From Streptomyces griseus (GTDB lineage Bacteria > Bacteroidota > Bacteroidia > Chitinophagales > Chitinophagaceae), in contig CALPIT020000001.1 in NCBI GenBank assembly GCA_943323705.2, positions 1 through 32,519 on the forward strand: a DNA stretch of 32,519 nt. Direction: 5' to 3'. Each line of letters begins with the position of its first letter. Position 1 is the stretch's first letter. A program made the translations under genes and the position numbers. The notes beneath the pieces were generated by a model. It did no database searches and was not told where the DNA came from. It saw only the letters and a list, made by a program, of their open reading frames with translations. Positions 15,952-23,568 of this stretch are shown here, piece after piece.

Positions 15952-18798
15952 ATGAAAGCCATTGTATTGTTTATTTCAATTTTTCTTACAAGTATTGTCG
16001 GTTTCTCACAACAGTCACGATTAAACGGAAATATTACCGACAAAGCTACTCAGGCATCCATTAAAGGCGCTAGTTTGTCATTAATTTCAAAAGAAAAAAA
16101 TAAAGTACTTAAAAATACCCTATCAGATAGTACAGGTAATTTTCAATTCTCGAATTTGAATGTAGGCGAATACAATATTATGATTTCGGCTGTTGGGTAT
16201 AAAAAAATATCCATATCGTTGACAATGAGCTCCGACAATAAAAATATTGGAAATGTGTATTTAGAAAATGAAACAAAAGATCTTTCGACAGTAACCATCA
16301 TAGCCAAAGCTCCGGCGGTAAGTCAGAAAGATGATACTTCTCAATACAACGCTAGTCAATACAAAGTAAACCCAGATGCAACAACTGAAGACCTGGTTAA
16401 GAAGATGCCTGGAATTTCAATTGACAAAAACGGCACCATAACCGCGCATGGCGAACAAGTGAAAAAAGTTACGGTTGATGGAAAAGACTTTTTTGGAGAT
16501 GATGCTACCGCAGCATTAAAAAATATTCCCGCAAGTGTAGTGGATAAGGTTCAGGTATTTGACAGACTCAGTGATCAGGCACAACTAACAGGCGTAGACG
16601 ATGGAAATTCTCAGAAATCTATCAATATCATTACCAAAGCCGGCATTAGTAACGCACAATTCGGAAGAATCTATGCAGGTGCTGGAACGGATAAAACTTA
16701 TTCAGCAGGCGGTAATATTAGTTTTTTCAAAAAAGACAGAAGATTGTCATTCGTAGGCAATTTTAATAATATCAATCAGCAGAATTTCGGTTCACAGGAT
16801 TTACTCGGCGTTTCAGGGAATAGCAGTAGTCAACGCTCGCCTATGTCTATGGGTAATTTCAGAGGCCCCGGTGGACCTGCAGAATCGTTTACCACAGAGC
16901 AAGCTTCAGGCATCAATACAACCAACGCTATTGGTATCAATTACAGTGATAAATGGAATCCCAAAGCTACCATTACTGCAAGCTATTTTTTCAACAACAG
17001 TAACAACAATAACTTGTCATTAACCAACAACAAGCTTTTCGAAGACGATTTGACAACAATTAAAAACAGCAACTCGAATGCCGATAATTTCAATCACAGA
17101 TTCAATGCAAGACTTGAATACAAAATCGATACCAGCAATTCTATTTTTATAATTCCCAGTTTGAACTTTCAGCAAAATAATTCGGTAAGTGAGGCAGCTA
17201 TCAATAGTTTCAAAAACATCGACGATTCTATTTACAATTCAAATTCACTTTCGGACAAAAATAAAAATGGATACAATCTAAAAAACAATTTAATGTTCAG
17301 GCATACATTCGCCAAAAAGAACAGAATTTTTTCTGCAGGTTTCAATACCACATTGACTAGAAACTATAGCGAAAACGCTACAGATGCCAGATTCAGGTTT
17401 TATGATGTGTCAGGACTTCCTTTAGATCCCGATTCCTTACAGCAACAATACAGTGACAATAAAACCAATGGATACACTATTGGTGGCAACATCTCCTACA
17501 ACGAACCACTGGGCAAAAAAGGGAAAAGCCAAATGCAAATCGAATACAACCCTTCAGTCCAAAAAAACAAAGCCAATCAAAAGACTTTTGGTTTTGATGG
17601 TCTACTATATTCTAAATATGATACCGCTTTATCTAACCAATTTGATAATACCATCACTACTCAAAATGGCGGTGTTACATATCGTTACACACCAAATAAA
17701 GATGAGCAACTTTCATTTGGTGTTAGCTATCAAACTGCTGAGTTAAAAAGCGACAGGATTATTCCTCAAGTAAGTAATGTCAATCAAACTTTCAAAAATT
17801 TTCTTCCAAATGGATCATGGAGAAAAAAGATCTCACAATACAGCAATATCAGAATGTTTTACAGAGCTTCAACTATATTCCCAACGATTTCTCAATTGCA
17901 GGATGTTGTGAATCTCAGCAATCCTGTTAGTGTAAGCAGCGGCAATAAAGATTTGAAACAATCATATACTCAATATGGTGGTGGCAGATTCAGTTATACC
18001 AATACAAAAACGAATAGAAGTTTGTTTACAGGTATTTTCTTTCAAAGCTCTAACGATTATATCTCCAATGCAACATATATACCCACAGCAGATACTGTGA
18101 TTCAACAAGGCATTACATTAAAGCAAGGGACGCAATTCTCAAAGCCTGTAAACCTTGATGGATACAGGGTTGTAAGGACATATTTCAATTACAGTATTCC
18201 TGTAAAAAAATTGAAAACTACGGTAAATCTGAACACTTCTTTCATGTATAACAACATGCCCGGACTTGTGAATGCAACTGCCACGAATACAAAAACATTT
18301 CAGTATAATTTAGGAATGGCCTTTGTAAGTAATGTAAGTGAGTATGTGGATTACAATATCAGTTATAATGCAGCCATCAACAATGCCACAACCAAAGGCA
18401 CATCAACCATTGAAAACAATTATGTAAATCAAACGATTTCTGTTGTTTTTAATTTGCTTAGTAAAAAGGGATGGTTTGTTCAAAATGAATTTACGGGACA
18501 AATTTTTAATGGATTGTCAAATGGCTTCGATAGGAAATTTGCTTTATGGAATGCCTCAATTGGAAGAAAGTTTTTTAAGAACAAAGCAGGCGAATTAAAA
18601 ATTTCAGTTTTTGATATTTTAAAACAAAATCAAAGTATCAGTAGAACCGTTTCGAATACTTATCTTGAAGATGTAAATAGCAGAGTTTTACAACAATATT
18701 TTATGCTAACGTTTAGCTATAACCTAAAGAATTTCGGTACACCTAAAAAAACAGAAAAGACAGAAGAATTTATACCGAGAGTGGGATATCCGAATTAA
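15952..18798 (+). CDS. Outer-membrane beta-barrel / TonB-dependent receptor-like protein with carboxypeptidase-regulatory-like N-domain
   Basis: Signal peptide; EDLVKKMPG, VDGKDFFGDD plug-like motif; C-terminal FDILKQN...QYFMLTFSYNL. Confidence 0.9.
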   Translation: MKAIVLFISIFLTSIVGFSQQSRLNGNITDKATQASIKGASLSLISKEKNKVLKNTLSDSTGNFQFSNLNVGEYNIMISAVGYKKISISLTMSSDNKNIGNVYLENETKDLSTVTIIAKAPAVSQKDDTSQYNASQYKVNPDATTEDLVKKMPGISIDKNGTITAHGEQVKKVTVDGKDFFGDDATAALKNIPASVVDKVQVFDRLSDQAQLTGVDDGNSQKSINIITKAGISNAQFGRIYAGAGTDKTYSAGGNISFFKKDRRLSFVGNFNNINQQNFGSQDLLGVSGNSSSQRSPMSMGNFRGPGGPAESFTTEQASGINTTNAIGINYSDKWNPKATITASYFFNNSNNNNLSLTNNKLFEDDLTTIKNSNSNADNFNHRFNARLEYKIDTSNSIFIIPSLNFQQNNSVSEAAINSFKNIDDSIYNSNSLSDKNKNGYNLKNNLMFRHTFAKKNRIFSAGFNTTLTRNYSENATDARFRFYDVSGLPLDPDSLQQQYSDNKTNGYTIGGNISYNEPLGKKGKSQMQIEYNPSVQKNKANQKTFGFDGLLYSKYDTALSNQFDNTITTQNGGVTYRYTPNKDEQLSFGVSYQTAELKSDRIIPQVSNVNQTFKNFLPNGSWRKKISQYSNIRMFYRASTIFPTISQLQDVVNLSNPVSVSSGNKDLKQSYTQYGGGRFSYTNTKTNRSLFTGIFFQSSNDYISNATYIPTADTVIQQGITLKQGTQFSKPVNLDGYRVVRTYFNYSIPVKKLKTTVNLNTSFMYNNMPGLVNATATNTKTFQYNLGMAFVSNVSEYVDYNISYNAAINNATTKGTSTIENNYVNQTISVVFNLLSKKGWFVQNEFTGQIFNGLSNGFDRKFALWNASIGRKFFKNKAGELKISVFDILKQNQSISRTVSNTYLEDVNSRVLQQYFMLTFSYNLKNFGTPKKTEKTEEFIPRVGYPN

Positions 18799-18877
18799 AA
18801 CGAAAAGAATCTTAAAACCCAGATACCAAACAATTATCTTTTCAGCTCGATCATTTCAGAAATAATATTTCGCTTGT

Positions 18878-18921
18878 GTGACTTTTGTCACTAACTGCTA
18901 TTTTTTTGCGTGCTACTTTTG
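18878..18921 (+). promoter_or_regulatory. Palindrome GTGAC-N4-GTCAC plus -7 element TACTTTTG
   Basis: Palindrome at 18878-18891; TAnnTTTG at 18914-18921, upstream of the DUF2892 operon. Confidence 0.65.
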
Positions 18922-18976
18922 TTCTTGTTGAAGAAATTAACATTCAATCAATATTTACTCACTAAATAAATTTTTT

Positions 18977-19180
18977 ATGAAAAAGAACATGGGTAATGCC
19001 GACAAAACAATCAGAATCATTTTGGCCATTCTTTTTTCCATTCTTTATTTTACAAATACAGTCAGCGGTACTGCTGGAATCATACTTTTAATTTTAGGTG
19101 GTATATTTCTGTTTACCGGACTTATTAATTTTTGTCCACTCTATTTGCCATTTGGAATCAATACGTGTAAAAAGAAATAA
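18977..19180 (+). CDS. DUF2892 (YgaP-like) membrane protein
   Basis: MKKNMG..DKTIRI...FCPLYLPFGINTC. Confidence 0.92.
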   Translation: MKKNMGNADKTIRIILAILFSILYFTNTVSGTAGIILLILGGIFLFTGLINFCPLYLPFGINTCKKK

Positions 19181-19274
19181 CAATAGATATTGTATTTGAA
19201 CCAGCCTCAATTTCAATGTTGGATTTTTAGATAATGAAAATTAAAGCTGCAACATGTGATCAAATTTTATTTTT

Positions 19275-19745
19275 ATGACACACGAAGTCGAAACCCAGTG
19301 GATGGGCAAAATGCAATTCAATTCTTTAGTCAATGGACACACCATAGTAATGGATGCACCAGAAAGAGTTGGTGGCGAAGATCAAGGTCCGATTCCCAAG
19401 CCTTTAATATTAACTGCATTATCAGGTTGTACAGGTATGGACATTGTTGCTATACTTCGTAAATCACAAAAAGAAGTAAAAGATCTTGATATCAAAGTAA
19501 TTGGTGAGCTGAGTAAAACAGCACCATTAGAATATGTAAGTATCCATGTGAAATATTATTTTTTGGGAGACGAAGAAAATAAAGATGCAGCATTAGATGC
19601 AGTTACCACTTCACAAGAAAAGTTTTGTGGCGTAAGTCATATGCTAAGAAAAGCATTGCCAGTTACTTGGGAAGTGAATTACAATGGAAAAGAAATATTC
19701 AACAATAAAGAAATAAATCATCATGAACCTTCAGTCGTTTCTTAA
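19275..19745 (+). CDS. OsmC family protein
   Basis: GG.DQGPIPKPL.L.ALSGCTGMD and KFCGVS, two conserved Cys. Confidence 0.92.
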   Translation: MTHEVETQWMGKMQFNSLVNGHTIVMDAPERVGGEDQGPIPKPLILTALSGCTGMDIVAILRKSQKEVKDLDIKVIGELSKTAPLEYVSIHVKYYFLGDEENKDAALDAVTTSQEKFCGVSHMLRKALPVTWEVNYNGKEIFNNKEINHHEPSVVS

Positions 19746-19917
19746 TAAGAACAAACTATCTGTGATGGGCATCATCATCGGAGCATTACTTGGATTCACA
19801 TACTGGAAATTTGTAGGCTGCTACAGTGGTAAATGTATGATTACTTCAAGTCCCATCAATTCAACTTTATACGGCTCATTATTAGGGTATTTAATTTTCA
19901 ATATTTTTAAGAAATAA
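19723..19917 (+). CDS. DUF6132 family small membrane protein
   Basis: YWKFVGC.SG.C.ITSSP.NSTLYG motif. Confidence 0.85.
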   Translation: MNLQSFLNKNKLSVMGIIIGALLGFTYWKFVGCYSGKCMITSSPINSTLYGSLLGYLIFNIFKK

Positions 19918-19920
19918 ATT

Positions 19921-20235
19921 ATGTTTCAATTAATCAAACAACTGTTCGGATTAGGTCCGAAAACAGATTACAGTCAACTTGTAAAAAACGGCGCCATTAT
20001 TCTTGATGTAAGAAGCACAGGCGAATATGCAGGAGGCCACATCAAAGGATCAATCAATATTCCTGTTGATCAACTTCGTAACAATCTTGGAAAACTTAAA
20101 GACAAGAAAAAGGCTATCATCACTTGTTGTGCATCAGGCATGAGAAGCTCATCTGCGAAATCCATTTTGTTGAATGCAGGATATGAAGAAGTTTATAATG
20201 GTGGTGGATGGACGGGGTTGCAGGGGAAGTTGTAA
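19921..20235 (+). CDS. Rhodanese-like domain protein
   Basis: LDVRS.GEY.GGHIKGSINIP, CCASGMRS, VYNGGGW. Confidence 0.95.
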   Translation: MFQLIKQLFGLGPKTDYSQLVKNGAIILDVRSTGEYAGGHIKGSINIPVDQLRNNLGKLKDKKKAIITCCASGMRSSSAKSILLNAGYEEVYNGGGWTGLQGKL

Positions 20236-20267
20236 GAGGGGGATGGGGGTGAAGAAATATTAGGGGG

Positions 20268-20296
20268 TGACTGAATAAACTTCAGTCATTTTTTTT
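20268..20296 (+). terminator. Terminator-like hairpin (5' part of module copy B)
   Basis: TGACTGAA-taaac-TTCAGTCA followed by T8, 32 nt after the rhodanese stop. Confidence 0.65.
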
Positions 20297-20345
20297 GGCT
20301 GTGAAGGTGCTGTGGACGTAATATTGCGATATTGCAATATTGCAA
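20270..20345 (+). repeat. Copy B of ~80-bp hairpin/promoter/operator module
   Basis: ACTGAATAAACTTCAGT, TTTG-N21-TAATATTG, ATATTGCG ATATTGCA ATATTGCA. Confidence 0.9.
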
Positions 20346-20432
20346 AAACGATAACCACTTTGAAATCAATTTATTCTAAAAAAATACCTAAAAATTTAAT
20401 CTGGGGTTAGTGGTGAAGAAATTTATACTCAG

Positions 20433-20512
20433 ACTGAATAAACTTCAGTTGTTTTTTTTGGTTGTTAGGTTGCTGTGGACGTAATATTGCGATATTGCAA
20501 TATTGCAATATC
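20433..20512 (+). repeat. Copy C of module; probable arsR promoter/operator
   Basis: 163 bp after copy B; contains perfect 22-bp palindrome GATATTGCAATATTGCAATATC (20491-20512), 22 nt before the arsR ATG. Confidence 0.9.
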
Positions 20513-20534
20513 ACTAAAAACAAATCCGTACAAA

Positions 20535-20864
20535 ATGGGCGCCTCAAAAAAAGAATTCTTCCCCGAAAAACAAAACACCATCGCCACCCTTTGCAAAGCA
20601 TTCGGACACCCCGCAAGAGTCATCATCATCGAACACTTGCTTTTTGCAAATGAATGTATTGCTGAAGACTTCCTAGAAATTATACCTTTGTCCAGAACCA
20701 CTATATGGCAGCATTTACAAGAGCTGGAAGATGCCCGACTGATAATCGGAAATTATAAAGAAAATACTTTTAGGTATAAAATAAACAGTTTGAATATAGA
20801 AAATGTGAAAAGCTATTTCTCAGATGTTTCAGGAAAAGTGAAAGCTCCTTTATTCGCGAAATAA
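20535..20864 (+). CDS. ArsR/SmtB family transcriptional regulator
   Basis: MGASK...KAFGHPARV.I, LSRTTIWQHLQELEDARLI winged HTH; ATG at 20535 preferred. Confidence 0.9.
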   Translation: MGASKKEFFPEKQNTIATLCKAFGHPARVIIIEHLLFANECIAEDFLEIIPLSRTTIWQHLQELEDARLIIGNYKENTFRYKINSLNIENVKSYFSDVSGKVKAPLFAK

Positions 20865-20886
20865 TGGTTCACTAGATAATTATTTT

Positions 20887-23133
20887 TTACCTGATCAACA
20901 AAATACTACCATTTGCTTTCTTAAAGTCTTGCGAAGAAAATTTATATTTTAGCATGTATATATAACTACCGGAAGTGGCGTCTTTATTCATTGATTTTCC
21001 ATCCCAAAAATTATATTGATTCCTGGTTGAAAAAACAACCTGACCCCATCTGTTGTAAATCATAAGTTCATATTTTTCAGTTTTACAATTGGCTTTGGGC
21101 CTGAAATTGTCATTGATACCATCGCCGTTGGGAGTAAAAGCGGAGGGAATAAAAACTGCACAATCTGATGGTTGTACCGTATCGCAATCTATTATCTGCA
21201 TCGTTTTGTATACAGTATCAAGATAAAAACATGGCGTGGAGATGGGATTATTCGGATTCGGTGGTAATGAGCAATTAATCTGAAGAATACATTGCACTGT
21301 ATAGGTTCCTGGACCAGAAAATTGATGTGTAGGTGTAGACAGCGTAGATGTATTATTTGCTCCGCTATTGGGGTCGCCAAAATTCCATTCAATTAATGAT
21401 TCTATGACCTGATTGGTATTGATATTGAATCGAGTCAAACTTTGAACACAACTATCAGGTGCTGAGCGAATGGCTATGAAGCCAGAATTTACACATTGAA
21501 CAATCCGAATGGTTTTGAAAATTGTGTCTATGCCACAACTGAACGTGACGATAGCTCTGATAGTATAATTGCCCAAAGCCGTAAATACATGATTCGGATT
21601 GAGGAGCGCCGACGAATTATCAACTCCAGCATTGGGATCGTCAAAGTTCCAAACGATGCTATTGATAGCGTTATTGGAACTCACCGAAAAAGGAAATACA
21701 GCTTGCAGGCAACTATCAGAACTAGTGATTATGTCTCCAGTGCATATTGTCGCACAGTCAACCACCAGTTTTGGAAAAGTTAATGTATCTGCTCCGCAGG
21801 CAGTCGTTACAATAGCCTTTACCTGATAATTACCGGCAGTCGAAAAAAGATGGGTTGGATTGAACAGACTAGATGTATTGTTTGGTCCACTTGCCGGATC
21901 GTCAAAATTCCAAACCACTGAAGTTATTGACTGATTGTTTAAGATTGAAAAAGGAATTAAGGATTGGAGACAGGAATCATTACTCACAATTATATTAACT
22001 GTAGGCGTTATTGTATCCGAGAAATAATAAATCCATTTAGGAAGACCGTAACCACCACCACCTGTTTGATTGGGAATAGCACTTAATTGTAAACCACAAT
22101 CGATTCCTGGATTGTTAGGACAATTGATAACATCAATTGAACCGGAATTAATGTATATTTTATTGTTTGGGCCCAATTGCAAAGAAGCTGGTTGGTTAAA
22201 TCCAAATGAAGGCAGAACGTATCGACTGCTTTCTATATCAGTCGCAGTAGGTAAACTGATATCGAATTGTGTAACGAATTCCAGATTGCTGATATATAGA
22301 AATTGGCCATTAGGAGAAAACTCAACACCATATAAAACAGGATTGTTGGCAATGAAATTCCAAATGACCGGGTTGGACACCACGCCGGTGGTGTTATCGA
22401 AATCAAACAATTCTACTTTTCTGTCAAACAAATTTCCAAATGCAAGTTTATTAAACTGCCTGTTGACCTTTAGATGACAAGAACCATTGCCTTGTATACC
22501 GCCTACTGAGGAAATTACAGGTGTTGTTTCTATTCCTAAATCCGTAACCCTAAAAGCCAGAAAGCTATTTCCGGGTAAATCATGTGAGATCAACCAATAG
22601 CTTTGCTGATCAGATGCCGGAACCACTTCAAGTTTTTCGGAAGTCGTTGAATAAATAGGAATATTTTTAAAACCAGGTATAATATCTCCTAGTCCACCAT
22701 TTAAATTCATATCCACCACACTATATCTGATACCATTATTGGAACCCTGTTCGTCGATAGTTACTAAAAAATACTCATAGCTTACACCTGGCCTTGGGAT
22801 GATTACTGCGGCTGTCGTAGAAGATAATGAAACAGAACCGCCACCTAATAAACCACTTCCATTTGACATTACTTGATTCTGTGCATTCCATACTGTGACA
22901 CCATCAGTGTAAAACAATAGGGCTCCTGTTGTTTTGTCGGCAATAGAAGCACTTCCTTCTGATGCCTGAATGGCTGCTCCGTTTACAAATGCGGGTGAAG
23001 GACCATTAAAATCAATGGCACCACTAACTCCAAATCTCCATTGGTTGTTTTGTTTTTGTGAAAACACAGCCAAAGCATTGAGATTGATCAGAAAAAAAAG
23101 AATAAAGCTGGTTTTTATTCTCATAAGCATCAT
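20887..23133 (-). CDS. Secreted beta-propeller + 3x PKD-like repeat protein with T9SS type B (gliding motility-associated) CTD
   Basis: LLFYTDG.TVWN N-domain; three WNF(D/G)DP..G..N.S.L..P.H.F repeats; IPSAFTPNGDGIND.F, IYNRWG, GSILLIR; start is one of 23133/23130/23124. Confidence 0.9.
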   Translation of the reverse strand: MMLMRIKTSFILFFLINLNALAVFSQKQNNQWRFGVSGAIDFNGPSPAFVNGAAIQASEGSASIADKTTGALLFYTDGVTVWNAQNQVMSNGSGLLGGGSVSLSSTTAAVIIPRPGVSYEYFLVTIDEQGSNNGIRYSVVDMNLNGGLGDIIPGFKNIPIYSTTSEKLEVVPASDQQSYWLISHDLPGNSFLAFRVTDLGIETTPVISSVGGIQGNGSCHLKVNRQFNKLAFGNLFDRKVELFDFDNTTGVVSNPVIWNFIANNPVLYGVEFSPNGQFLYISNLEFVTQFDISLPTATDIESSRYVLPSFGFNQPASLQLGPNNKIYINSGSIDVINCPNNPGIDCGLQLSAIPNQTGGGGYGLPKWIYYFSDTITPTVNIIVSNDSCLQSLIPFSILNNQSITSVVWNFDDPASGPNNTSSLFNPTHLFSTAGNYQVKAIVTTACGADTLTFPKLVVDCATICTGDIITSSDSCLQAVFPFSVSSNNAINSIVWNFDDPNAGVDNSSALLNPNHVFTALGNYTIRAIVTFSCGIDTIFKTIRIVQCVNSGFIAIRSAPDSCVQSLTRFNINTNQVIESLIEWNFGDPNSGANNTSTLSTPTHQFSGPGTYTVQCILQINCSLPPNPNNPISTPCFYLDTVYKTMQIIDCDTVQPSDCAVFIPSAFTPNGDGINDNFRPKANCKTEKYELMIYNRWGQVVFSTRNQYNFWDGKSMNKDATSGSYIYMLKYKFSSQDFKKANGSILLIR

Positions 23134-23207
23134 TGCTGCACCAAACAAAAAAGAAGACTATTTGTTTAAATATAACCAAAATAATCAGCCCTATTACTTA
23201 ATTTTCA

Positions 23208-23360
23208 TTACCTAATAATCACATCCCCATAACCCGATTTTGCCGTGAGCTTAATTTTTCCAACACCAAAAATCAATTTAGTACCCGCCTCCAATTTCAA
23301 ATCTGTTCTTTTGATTTTTACTTTCCCATAACCGGTTTTTAAATCCAGCTCACAATTCAT
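23208..23360 (-). pseudogene. 50-codon fragment resembling the C-terminus of a DUF4097-type beta-strand repeat protein
   Basis: Hand translation MNCELDLKTGYGKVKIKRTDLKLEAGTKLIFGVGKIKLTAKSGYGDVIIR*; two (T/S)GYGxV repeats; in-frame stop 8 codons upstream. Confidence 0.5.
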
Positions 23361-23568
23361 CTCACTAGTCTGCTTCCGGATTTAGGAAACGACTTGTCTT
23401 AGGAATTTTATTTTGATATTCTGGCGAAATTCTTCTCCGTTGATTGGCTAACAAAGGATTGGAGTCCAGAAGCATTTCGGACATTTTATTTTCTTTGATG
23501 TATTTATGTATAATCGATACTATTTCACTTTGTTGATTGACATTACTGATCATCAAATCTATTTAACA

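Noticed and set aside
211-20512. Three-copy module or 163-bp tandem as a CRISPR array
   Set aside because: Only two adjacent units, period far too long for repeat-spacer structure, no cas genes
20407-20701. ORFs 20407-20616, 20462-20653, 20465-20701 and the N-terminal extension of ArsR
   Set aside because: They arise from the palindromic operator repeat (ILQYCNIAIL on both strands) and overlap the real arsR
23365-23556. 63-aa minus-strand ORF
   Set aside because: No recognisable motif; cannot tell a real gene from a chance frame or remnant
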